Assembly: GCA_051294375.1 (NCBI GenBank)
Contig: CM119267.1
Coordinates: 21,682,044 to 21,746,043 of the forward strand
Length of the DNA stretch: 64,000 nt
Direction: 5' to 3'
Origin: Paraspadella gotoi
Lineage: Eukaryota; Animalia; Chaetognatha
Shown: piece by piece, positions 10,870 through 21,700 of the stretch
Numbering within the stretch: the stretch's first letter is position 1
Layout of the letters: each line of letters starts with the position of its first letter
Notes under the pieces: model-generated
Databases searched by the model: none
Told to the model about the DNA's origin: nothing
Seen by the model: only the letters and a program-made list of their open reading frames with translations
Program-made: the position numbers and the translations under genes

Positions 10870-13800
10870 TCACTCCAGCTCGATGACCATCTCCCGCGCA
10901 TGCGTTTTCCGGTGAAGATTCATCGCGCGTCGGGTCCAAAACGAGCGCGCGCAAGTTCTGTTCAGATCCGAACTCCAATCGCAGGGAATCCTATCGACTT
11001 TCCCGTGCTGAGTCATAAAATGTTCCCTGAGAGCGACGTCCCGATTGTCGGCGTCCAACTTGGAGAAGCAGATGGGGCACCTCTCGACGCCAGCGAAATC
11101 CTCCAGGTGACTCAAGAGGTGAAGTCGGAAGAGGTCTTCATTTAAGACGCCGTCGTTCGAGAATTCGGCGATGCAGAGGAAGCATTTTAGGTTCCGCCTT
11201 TTCGCAAGTTGCTCTTTTGCTAAAGCTTCAAATTGGTTTGGATTAGAATAATGGATTCTGCTTATTGCGGGATTGGTGAGTTTCGCCGATTGGATTGGAC
11301 AAAAGTTGGCGACTTGGGAAGAATGGAGTACATGTGGATTTTTGGGTGGAGGAAGCAATACAGTTACTGGGCGTTGCTGTGAATCGCTCTCTACTGGGAT
11401 GGAATATGAGCCATTGAAGGAGATTGCATTAGTTTCAGTATTGCCGAATTTAACATCTTTATCATTAATATTTTGTCGGGTATCTTGAAACAATAATTTT
11501 CTCAAATGTGGAGGAGCTACTGAGTTTGATTGATTCCTGATTGAATGATGCTGAGGGACTCGATTGGTTCCTGTTGTATTTACAATGGAGTGGTTTGGCT
11601 GTGAATGACTGAATGATGTCCCAAGGTTTCGACTCCTAACGGCGGTCTCATAATCCGGAGGTGGCTGTTGAAACTCGGAAATGCCAAGCTGATATGATGG
11701 AGGTTGCCGAACCTGTTTCCAGGGTCGATGAGAAGCCGTCGGCAAAGTCTGAGAGATGGATTGATGGGAAAGGGAAAATTGTTTTTCAGACGCTGCGTTG
11801 GACGAAATTGTTTTATTTCGCTCGAAATTCGGCGCCGAGTTCATTTTCTGAGTCACGGCGTTGTTTATAAGATACAAATTATTCATGTTATTGTTTGAAT
11901 TCAAAATGGTTTGAGGAGAGGTCTGGTTGGTTTGAGGGTTTATCGCGCTTGAATTCATTTGCATCAAAGGTTCATTGGAAAACTCCGATTTGGAAGTTAC
12001 TAAGTTTCCAGAGCGTAAGGGTTTTTTTTCTTTAATAATCTTCACTTCATCCACGTTTTCATTCCGTTCTTCATCTTGATTTATATTTGCTTCTTCTCGG
12101 TTGAGTACATTGCTATCTTTTTCCAAACTACTTTTATTCTCTTCGAAAGGAGTAATTGATTCGGAGTCAGTATTCACCACTTCAACATTCTTCGCAGACT
12201 TCGTTTCAATATTGGATTTTCGGTTTATTAATTCATTATTTTTAAAATTCACCGAGATTTGTAAGTCATTTTGGGACGAAAAACTTTCATTAGGATCCGT
12301 GATGATAGTGATCGAAGGGAGCGAATTTTGTGGTGAGCGAGATTGTCTTGATTCATTTTGTGAAATTTGATTATTCCTCGTTACTGTTGACACTGTTGTC
12401 GTTGTTACGGGCTGTGATATAGAAAAACGTGAGACGACTGACAAAGGCAGACGAGACAAGCAAATTTTGACTGGACGTAATAAATTCATTAATTGCCTCA
12501 TTGATTGTTTTTTAGATTGTCTTGTCTTTTTATGTTTATTATATTTCGATGCTACGCTGCCTAAATTCTTTGGTTTCTTGGAATAATTATCCAAACTGTT
12601 TTGAGCAAAATCTAAGCCCGATTCATGGAATGTTTCATTTCTTTCGAATTCCTTTGTTTGTTTGTTATGGTTGGATTCTTGATTAGTATTTGAATCTTCA
12701 AATCCCTCATCGTTTCCAGAGTAATCATCCTCTAAAGCTTGCTCGTCCAATTTCTCAGAAATGTCCGCCACGCTTTCTTCGATCCTCAATCCGTCGGCTC
12801 TGCTTTGGTCATCGACTAACAAAGGACCATCTTCACTACTATAGACCTCGAAACCTTTTTCGTGATAAAGTCTCATACCTTCTTCCATTTCTACATCATC
12901 AATCCGCGTCGGTATTACTTTATCAGTGGACAGTTTATCATCAAAGGTACACGTGTCAAAGTCATTTCCTTTAAAACTTTCTTTTTCCATAAAACTGCCT
13001 CGAATTGGCCTTAAACCCGCTTCAACTACTTCGTCGAGATCCTCCGTTTCCGAACTTAAAGAATTATGATTGACATCACCAGCACTCAGTTCGATGCTTT
13101 CCTTCGATGTCCCTGTCTTTAATAATCCGGCATCTTCCATTATTTCATCGCCAATCTCTGCTTCAGTTCCATCTTCGAAGGATTGATTCGCAACATTGTC
13201 AGTACCATTTTCCTCTGAATTCTCATCCATGTGGCTCCAAATCTCTGGCATCATTTTAGTACTATTCTCTCTTTCTTCTATTGACAGAGAGTGGGTCTGT
13301 CCATCGTCAAAGATTGTATTACTGATTTCATTGTATTCCATCTCTCCTTCTTGATTTTCCGATTTATTATCATAAGTAAAATCATCCACAATTGTTTCGT
13401 CAACTGCCTCAGCTTCCTCCACTTTGAAAGGTCCGTCTTCAAGCTGAGAATTTTTCTCCGTATTTGAATAATTGCAATAACCAAGCTCTGAATTGTTTTC
13501 CTCCATATTTGAATAATTGAAATAACCAAGCTCTGTATTGCTTTCCTCCATATTTGAATAATTGCAATAACCAAGCTCTGAATTGTTTTCCTCCATATTT
13601 GAATAATTGCAATAACCAAGCTCTGAATTGTTTTCCACCATATTTGAATAATTTCTATCACCAAGGTCTGAATTGTTTTCCTCCATATTTGAATCATTAC
13701 TTTCACCAAGTTCTAAATTATTTTCCTCCTCAAATTCAACTTCCTCTAAAACTGTTGTATTTTCATAGTCGACAACAACATTTGCCAAACTCTCTTCAAA

Positions 13801-15774
13801 ATGTTGTTCAGTAAAATCTTCCATGAACGCAGATGTGTGATTCGAAGAGAGAGCAGAGTCGGTGACAGGTGAATCCATTTCCTCATCAACTCGTTCTTCA
13901 TACTCAGTGACTTGCTGAGAGGCTTCGCGTGAAACCTGAACCTCTCGGATCATCTCTTTAAGATCGCGGGTGGTCACCTTGGGATCAAACCTTGTCGTCG
14001 TGCCGAAAAGATGACCAAACTGTTTTTTCCGGGTAAACTTTTCCCTGCAGCCCGTTGTCGATTGGCGGATGCTGGAAATGGTTTCCTCGAGGCTGTTGAT
14101 CAGTGATTTGAGATTGGAAGGCTGAGAGAAGAAATCACTGCGTCTCACAGCATTTTCAATGTCGAACAGTTCGTTGGAATTTTGAGTCCTCAAGCGATGC
14201 TTCGTCAGCGACCTCATGGCCTCCCAATACTTGGAACCTTTTCTAAAGATAGACTTGCTCATGTGGAGAGTCGCGAGCCGGTCGAGAGAGGCCTCGTCTA
14301 GGGCGTCGGAGGGTGGTTGTTGGTGATGCTGTTTATGTTCAGATTTTGAAGGTCGTCGAGGCTGTTGTTGAGGTAGATTAATATTTTGGGAAACCTCTAT
14401 GCTATGAAGTCTCACTGTCTCATCAAAGGGCACTTTTTTGGCGTCGTTGTCGTTCTCGTCGTTGTCATCTTCATTGTCGTCGTCATTCTCTTTCCCAGGA
14501 ACATAGTCTTTGTCTTTGTCATCGTCGTCAACGCCGTCGTGGTCAACGTCGTCCTCTCGATCTTCGTCATAATCGAATGTAATCTTTTTCGTCTGCCTCA
14601 ATTGTCTCCGCGGTCGAAGTCGCTTTAAAATTCTCGTTGGCGAAAGAGATTCGTTCGTCGATGTTGTCATAGTCGTCGTACTCATCATCGTCGTCGACGT
14701 CTTCGTTGTAATCGAAGTAGTTGCAGAAGTAGTCGTCGTCGAACTTGAGGGCGTGGCATGAATGGTTGAAGTTAGTGGATCCTCGTGATAATGCAAAGGC
14801 GTTTTTGTCTCACGATCGACAAGTTTGGTCGGCGTATGCCTTGTTGAATGTGGCGGCGAACGCCTCGGCGAATGCGTCGGCGAATGCGTCGGCGAACGCG
14901 AAGACAAATGCGTCGGTGAATGCGTCGGCGAATGCGAGGTTTCCGACTTTGTCTCGATCAAGTGAGTTTCTTCGTGAAGTTTGAGACTCGATTCATCCGC
15001 AAAATTTTTGCCGCAGAGGAAACAGGGAAAAGTAGAGTAAGGCATTTTGTCGAGTTTGTTGAAGAAATCAAGACCGAATTGTTGGGTAATGTCTTTGTTG
15101 GGTTTGTCGACACTTTCTTGGGGATAATTTATAACTTTTAAAAGAGAAGGTGTTTTTGTCTCACAATCGACCAGTTTGGTCGGCATATGCCTTGTCGAAT
15201 GTGGCAGCAAATGCGTCGGCGAATGAGTCGGCAAATGTGGCGGAGAATGCATCGGCGAATGCATCGGCGAATGCGTTGGCAAGGTTTCCGACTTTGTCTC
15301 AATCAAATGAGTTTTTTCATGAAGTTTGAGACTCGATTCGTCCGCCAAATTTTCGCCACAGAGGAAACAGAGAAAATTAGAGTAAGGCATTTGGTCGAGT
15401 TCATTGAAGAAATCGAGACCAAATTGTTGGGTATTGTCTTTGTCGGGTTCGTCGACACTTTCTTGGGGATTTTCTTCTTGGGACTGCATGACCTCGTCGA
15501 GTTTGAAGGGGGAATCCGGGGCGGGACAACTTGATGGATCATCTTGGTGATCATCGTTGTGGTCATCGTGGTGATCCAACTGATCATCGCTGAGATCATC
15601 GTGGTGATCAAACTGATCATCGTGGTGATCATCGCTGTGATCATCGTGGTGATCAAATTGACCATCGTGGTGATCATCGTTGTGATCATCGTGGTGATCA
15701 AACTGGTCACCGTGGTGATCGTCGATGGATCCGAGAGTCAAATTGATCAAGGAATTTTTCTCGGTCGATTCCAT
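10870..15774 (-). CDS. Intronless 1634-aa C2H2 zinc-finger protein, largely low-complexity/disordered
   Basis: Uninterrupted 4.9-kb ORF. Two duplicated N-terminal fingers (CFLCGENLADESSLKLHEKTH, CFLCGKNFADESSLKLHEETH) and three atypical C-terminal fingers (CFLC..HLLSH, CPIC..HFMTQH, CDW..C..HRKTH). His/Asp, SPTH and 15-aa repeats. Confidence 0.88.
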   Translation of the reverse strand: MESTEKNSLINLTLGSIDDHHGDQFDHHDDHNDDHHDGQFDHHDDHSDDHHDDQFDHHDDLSDDQLDHHDDHNDDHQDDPSSCPAPDSPFKLDEVMQSQEENPQESVDEPDKDNTQQFGLDFFNELDQMPYSNFLCFLCGENLADESSLKLHEKTHLIETKSETLPTHSPMHSPMHSPPHLPTHSPTHLLPHSTRHMPTKLVDCETKTPSLLKVINYPQESVDKPNKDITQQFGLDFFNKLDKMPYSTFPCFLCGKNFADESSLKLHEETHLIETKSETSHSPTHSPTHLSSRSPTHSPTHSPRRSPPHSTRHTPTKLVDRETKTPLHYHEDPLTSTIHATPSSSTTTTSATTSITTKTSTTMMSTTTMTTSTNESLSPTRILKRLRPRRQLRQTKKITFDYDEDREDDVDHDGVDDDDKDKDYVPGKENDDDNEDDNDENDNDAKKVPFDETVRLHSIEVSQNINLPQQQPRRPSKSEHKQHHQQPPSDALDEASLDRLATLHMSKSIFRKGSKYWEAMRSLTKHRLRTQNSNELFDIENAVRRSDFFSQPSNLKSLINSLEETISSIRQSTTGCREKFTRKKQFGHLFGTTTRFDPKVTTRDLKEMIREVQVSREASQQVTEYEERVDEEMDSPVTDSALSSNHTSAFMEDFTEQHFEESLANVVVDYENTTVLEEVEFEEENNLELGESNDSNMEENNSDLGDRNYSNMVENNSELGYCNYSNMEENNSELGYCNYSNMEESNTELGYFNYSNMEENNSELGYCNYSNTEKNSQLEDGPFKVEEAEAVDETIVDDFTYDNKSENQEGEMEYNEISNTIFDDGQTHSLSIEERENSTKMMPEIWSHMDENSEENGTDNVANQSFEDGTEAEIGDEIMEDAGLLKTGTSKESIELSAGDVNHNSLSSETEDLDEVVEAGLRPIRGSFMEKESFKGNDFDTCTFDDKLSTDKVIPTRIDDVEMEEGMRLYHEKGFEVYSSEDGPLLVDDQSRADGLRIEESVADISEKLDEQALEDDYSGNDEGFEDSNTNQESNHNKQTKEFERNETFHESGLDFAQNSLDNYSKKPKNLGSVASKYNKHKKTRQSKKQSMRQLMNLLRPVKICLSRLPLSVVSRFSISQPVTTTTVSTVTRNNQISQNESRQSRSPQNSLPSITIITDPNESFSSQNDLQISVNFKNNELINRKSNIETKSAKNVEVVNTDSESITPFEENKSSLEKDSNVLNREEANINQDEERNENVDEVKIIKEKKPLRSGNLVTSKSEFSNEPLMQMNSSAINPQTNQTSPQTILNSNNNMNNLYLINNAVTQKMNSAPNFERNKTISSNAASEKQFSLSHQSISQTLPTASHRPWKQVRQPPSYQLGISEFQQPPPDYETAVRSRNLGTSFSHSQPNHSIVNTTGTNRVPQHHSIRNQSNSVAPPHLRKLLFQDTRQNINDKDVKFGNTETNAISFNGSYSIPVESDSQQRPVTVLLPPPKNPHVLHSSQVANFCPIQSAKLTNPAISRIHYSNPNQFEALAKEQLAKRRNLKCFLCIAEFSNDGVLNEDLFRLHLLSHLEDFAGVERCPICFSKLDADNRDVALREHFMTQHGKVDRIPCDWSSDLNRTCARSFWTRRAMNLHRKTHAREMVIELE
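13455..13715 (-). repeat. Coding minisatellite, 45-nt unit x ~6 (ELGYCNYSNMEENNS)
   Basis: Tandem unit visible in both the DNA and the protein. Confidence 0.85.
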
Positions 15775-16165
15775 GAATATGTATGAAGTTTTTTTTAGAG
15801 CGCCTGTTGTATGTATTAAATAAAACGATTATAATAGTAATTGTGCTTGTCTTTCCCTCTAAACTAAATACATTTTATTTAACGTGTGACAAAAAATAAG
15901 ATGTTTAAGTAACTACAAATGTTATCAGACGTGTTTTAAGCATTTTTTCACAACTTGAGATAGTATTGGCTTAAAAAAAAATAATTTAGTTTAGTAGTTT
16001 TCTAATATTTAGCCGATTTCCCCGGAATAATCAAAACTGGATGTCGCGGTGTAGGAGCTGTAACCTTGTAAAGCAAACAATACAATAGCGCTTGGGCTTG
16101 GGAATTCAGCTGCTTCAACAAAAGAATAACACGTTGAAGAACGAGCAGACGCGATTTTGAGAGTG

Positions 16166-16219
<54 letters not shown>

Positions 16220-16394
16220 ATAAAATTTGTATCTGGAACTTGTCTGAGTGATAATGCCAGTTTTTTAAGTTTTTAACTCAAAAAAGTTTACTCTGTGCAA
16301 GTCTTTGGTTTCTGTACTAAGGTTTTTGTCTTACTCTTGACTGAATCGTTTGTTGCCAGATTTTCTTCGATTCCATGGAGTAGATTAAACAGCT

Positions 16395-16476
16395 GCAGTG
16401 ATGGCCGAGTGGTTAAGGCGTCAGACTCGAAATCTGATAGGGTTTCCCTGCGCAGGTTCGAATCCTGTTCACTGCG
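16395..16476 (+). tRNA. trnS-CGA: tRNA-Ser(CGA)
   Basis: GCAGTGA/TCACTGC acceptor stem, TGGCCGAGTGG A-box, anticodon arm tcaga-ctCGAaa-tctga, long variable arm, GGTTCGAATCC; 82 nt. Confidence 0.96.
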
Positions 16477-16581
16477 ATAACTTTTGTATTTAATAGATGG
16501 TAACTGTAAGCGTTTTAATAAAAAAATTCTTTTAATTAGCATTTAAGGATACATTTTTGTTCTTAATCTTAAAAAAAAACA

Positions 16582-16653
16582 CTCCCCGGCGGGGAATCGA
16601 ACCCCGGTCTCTCGCGTGACAGGCGAGGATACTCACCACTATACTACCGAGGA
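16582..16653 (-). tRNA. trnD-GTC: tRNA-Asp(GTC)
   Basis: Minus strand TCCTCGGTAGTATAGTGGTGAGTATCCTCGCCT-GTC-ACGCGAGAGACCGGGGTTCGATTCCCCGCCGGGGAG, followed by an oligo-T Pol III terminator. Confidence 0.96.
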
Positions 16654-18180
16654 CTATAGAATGTAGTAACTATAGATTGACGTAAACTAAGATAGGTTTG
16701 CAAATTTTATATCATTTACCCATTGCCTCATTAATTATAGAATTTTTATTCATATTTAAAAAGAAATAAATTTTCCTAAAATAGTTTTTGGTTTCCAAGG
16801 TTCTCCATTCAGTATTCTTGTTATAAAAAAAATCTTAATTCAATTCATTTTTCTTTTCCAATTTATCTTTAATTCTTGTCGCCTTGAAATTTGACATTTC
16901 GTCTCACTTCCTACGATTTCAACCTTCAACTCTATTTATCGGAACCAGTCAAATAATTAGGTGGCGTTCGAGATTTTTAATCTCACAAAACAAACAAACT
17001 TGCTCGTTCTTTTAATACGTACAAATTGAATGAGAGAAAAATAGGGGCAAAAAAAAAAGGTATTCTAAGGATTAGCACAGAAAAGTCATATCAATACAAC
17101 AGAGTTAATGACATTAACAGTAAAAGGAGGTTTCACTTAGTGGTTAAAATCGAAAAGAAGACAACCACTCCACTGACCTTAGTTCTTTCACTCCGTAAGA
17201 CTGTTGGAAAAAAATGTATTGGTTCTCTTTTCTCCTAACTCGGAAGATTTAATGAAGAGAATCGATAACCGTAACCATTCAATCAATCAATCAATTACAT
17301 TGGTTGATCAGGAATACGATATAAAAATGGTTCAGAAAATTATTTACTTCAGATCGACAAAAGGGCAAAACAAAACTTAAGTAATTTAAAATTACAAAAT
17401 GTACTCGAAAATGATCTTATCTTCTCACGCGCGGCCCGAGTCAGTGTTTTGCTACGGCCGCAAATATTCGACGTCACATGACGGGGCCATTGGTCAATGG
17501 TCATGCTCTTTCTGATGGTCTTACCGCCGATTTACGACGAATTCATTACGTAACTTTGTTTTCGTAACGATGAGATTTTGTTTGTATTGTGAAATGGACG
17601 TCAATCGATCGATATCTTGATCGCTTATCTCGTTATCTTCGGCGTGAAGTCGAGCATTTTCATTTTAAAAATTAAGGCTATATTACAGGGGTGGGGATTT
17701 AATGTAAAAATTCGGTAAAAACTCGTTCACCAACCGTAAGTTCCGGGATCAATCCTTCACGCAGGTAAACACGCAAGTAACATGGGGTGGTCCTTAGCTG
17801 CCAGATGCCTCACACATGTCTCTCATTTCCATATCCCCACATTCTTTATTAATATTATTAATATTAATATTATTATTATTAGTATTATTCTTGCTGAAAA
17901 TTCGAAAGGTATGTCTCAAGCGTAATTCCTCTTGTGTGGGCCTTTTTGTGAACGTGAAGTCTTTGATGACGTGATTCGGCCAAAGGTTGAAATCCAGTGA
18001 AGTCGCGACGAAGTGAAACGGAAGTGAATTTTCGAGAAAAGAGAAAATGGGTTTGATTCCTGTTTCGTAGATTAAAAATTAATGATTTAAAAAATAACTA
18101 ATGGTTAAACGAATGTTCCTCTAATTAAATTTTTTTTAAATTTTTCCTTCGATGCTCTATGGCGAATCGATTTTCCTCGC

Positions 18181-18215
<35 letters not shown>

Positions 18216-18776
18216 TCAGAAACTCATTTACTTGTGTCTGGGATTTCTAACCAGTCGTTCTAAAAACAATGGCGAAGGGTTAAGCCGGTAAACAAAAAAA
18301 GGAGAAAAGAGAGACAGAGAGAGAGAGACAAAAAAGAGAGGAAAGAGAGAGATAAAAAAAGAAAAGTGTGACAGATCGAAAAAGGAAGTAAAAATTTCGG
18401 AGTCTAGACTTTCTCCTCGTTTCCTTTTCTATCTCAAGTTGACGCAATCCAACATTTTTATTGACGATTTTCTTTAATTCTTCCTTCAAAAACAAAAATA
18501 TAACCTGAAAAAAAAAAAAAAATCCGGCTTGACTCCGCCCTATCTTTCTTCTCGTTCGCTTCGCCCAATGAGACGGAAATCTTCGGTTTTCCATTAATCA
18601 AGATCGCCTCTCATTTTTCGACTCCTCATTTTCAACTCAATCCTCATTTTCAACTCTCTACTGAAAACTGGTTGAGGTTTTTCTTTTTTCTTCGGCAGAT
18701 TTTTTAATTATTATTTTATATTTTCATAAAATTACGCGTTTAATAAAATAGTCATAAATTTACGAATAATCAAACA

Positions 18777-21700
18777 ATGAGTGGAAAACAATCGCGATTG
18801 GACGCCGACGGACGAAAGGTGACGGACGGATGTCAGATCGAAATTCTGGGATGGAAACCTTTTCTCAGCGTCAGGTCAGTGACTATTAATTTTGGGGTCA
18901 ATGACTTTTATGGCATCTTTTGGAGAATTGATTGATTGATTGATTGATTGATTCGCCGATTGACTTTATTGATTTATTTTTTTATTGAATTCTTTTTTTG
19001 ATTTATCTCTTTAGCGATAGATTACTTTGATGAATTTCAGATTAAAATCTTCTTTAATTTTTTTTTTCCAATCAATTTTCTCATTGATCAACTTCCATAT
19101 TGATTCATTTACTAATTAATTTCTTTACTATCTATTTCTTTTCACGATTTATTTTCATTTGACTGTTTTATTGATCGATTCCATTCTCAACCAAATCTCT
19201 CCCATCTTACAGATTCTTCGTCTTGATGTACGGACTGATGGAACTGGCGATGATAATGTTCTTCGCTTATTACAAATCCATCATCACTCAACTGGAGAAA
19301 CAATTTAAACTTTCCGCCGCCACGTTGGGCATCATTGACACTTCCAACGATTGGTAAGAAATTAACTGATTTTTTTTTATCAGCTAAACATTTAACAAAA
19401 ATCATATTAAATACTAGAAATGGAAACTAAGAATAACAATTGCGGAAACGAATTATGGACATTCGAGTCTGGTCAAGGGACCACTGGACCTGAGAAGGAT
19501 TGTTTTGTTGCCATAGTCACATGCACAAATCTCTTGCTTTTTTCATAATGAAATTGATATTTAACTTTCTTAAAAATTATACAATAAATATTCATTCATG
19601 AATTAGGCATTAGGCACTCTTGCCTTGGACTTTGAAAAGATTATCACGTTTTCTTAGTTTTGCTATTTATATCTTCTATTTCCGATTTATGATTTTTTTT
19701 TATTCCTTTTACTAATTGTAAGTATTATCTTTTCGTAATAATTTTAATACATTCACGTCCCCTCCCTGACAATCCCCCCCAACTTCCTTTCAAAGGTCTA
19801 ACGTCCTTTTCGGCGTCTTCATCGCCTACTTCGGCGCCCACGTCCACCGGCCCCGCGGGATGGCGCTGGGGATGCTCGTCGCTTTCTGCGGATCCGTCTT
19901 CATGTTCCTTCCGCATTACTTGTCCGATCCTTATCGGTTCGACGGGCAGGACCTCGCCGAGGAGGATCCCGGTGAGATGGGGCAGGAAGGGGGTCAGGAT
20001 TCATTCTTCTGGATTGATGTAAAATAGCATTAATACTTCACTGTTAGGTTATTTTTTTTTTGAAACCACAACTCATAAAATAAAATTAAAAGTAACAATT
20101 TTTATATTGGTTGTACCAATTTCATTAAGTAAAATTAAGTAGAAATCCACAAACTCGAAAATAACAACAACAACCCCCCCCCCTCGCCCGCCCGCCAGCC
20201 TCCGACATCTGCGTTCCGCGCAACTGGACGGCGGCCATGGCGGCGGAGCACGCTTGCTCCGACGAGGCGTTGGAGGACGAGCGCCGCAGCCTCGAAGGAT
20301 CCTCCATGTGGAAGGTCATGCTGGTCGGTCAGTTCATCTACGGACTAGGGTCGGCTTGCGTCGGGCCTTTCGGGGTGAGGATAACTATAGATTGTACAAA
20401 CTTTCACCAAGGAGGAAGAAGTGTAATAGTCTTGACATAAAGAAACAAAACCAGATGTAATGTCTAAACCGATTCTAATTTACTTTTAAAAATATTTAAA
20501 ATATCGCAGTTATATTGAACCTCTCTTTGCCTCGCTATTCAAAATACTTTTGTGTTTACTAGCCACTAGTTTTTAACTAAGCCTTTTTTTTTTACTATTA
20601 AGATCTCCTACATCAACGAGGCGGCCTACCGACACAACACTCCCATGTACTTGGGTGCCTTGTTCATGCTAGCCTTACTGGGTCCAGCTTGCGGTTACAT
20701 CCTGGGTTCGGCGATGATCGACATTTGGGTTGAGTTCGATCGAACGGAGACTAACATCACTTCGGAGGATCCAAGGTTTGTCTTTTTGTTTTTAGTTTTT
20801 CGATTTGTTTTTTATAGTCACTGCCTTTTGGCGACGAAAATTTGTCCTCATATTGTTTCATGTCCGGTTGGTTGTCCGCGGACAGTAAGTCAGAAGTTTG
20901 ATTCACTCGAAATTCATTTTCTCGAGCTCAAAAACCAGCTTTTTTGGCATCGTTTTTTACCTTGTATGCTCATGGTTTTAGTATGGATGGATCTCATTCT
21001 GATTGTCTGGCTATCTTTGTCTACAAATATTTTCTACAGTTGGGTCGGCGCCTGATGCCTGCTAACATTTTTTCATATTCTTTAGTTTACTACAGGCTAT
21101 TGGCTGATTACATTTTTATTTCGCTTTACATTTTTTCATCAGATTCATAATCACAAAAACAGAAATAAGACAGAACGGTACAGCCCAAAGCTCTTCTTGC
21201 AAACTTAAATTTAAAATTACCAGATGAATGAATTGCTCATTTTACCAACCAACCAATTACCAACCAATCAATTTACATCTATAAAATACTACCTCTGCTC
21301 ATCCCTAATTGATATTATTATTTTTAGAATTATTGTCAGCATTATCTCAGCATTATTGAAGTTAGTACATTTTCTCCAGATGGGTGGGCGCCTGATGCCT
21401 GCTTACATTTTCTCATATTCTAACGTTTTCTCCAGATGGGTGGGCGCCTGATGCCTGCTTACATTTTCTCATATTTTAACGTTTTCTCCAGATGGATGGG
21501 CGCCTGATGCCTGCTTACATTTTCTCATATTCTAACGTTTTCTCCAGATGGGTGGGCGACTGATGCCTGCTTACATTTTCTCATATTCTAACGTTTTCTC
21601 CAGATGGGTGGGCGCCTGGTGGTTGGGTTACGTCATCATCTCCTGTCTCCTCTTCCTCACTCTTCTTCCTCTGCTCCTCTTTCCTCGTCATCTGCCGAAA

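Noticed and set aside
16288-16542. Short ORFs over the tRNA-Ser gene
   Set aside because: They are chance frames across a tRNA gene.
21370-21618. Regularly spaced repeats resembling a CRISPR array (also the 45-nt repeat at 13455-13715)
   Set aside because: Units are contiguous tandem repeats with no unique spacers, no cas genes are present, and the context is eukaryotic.
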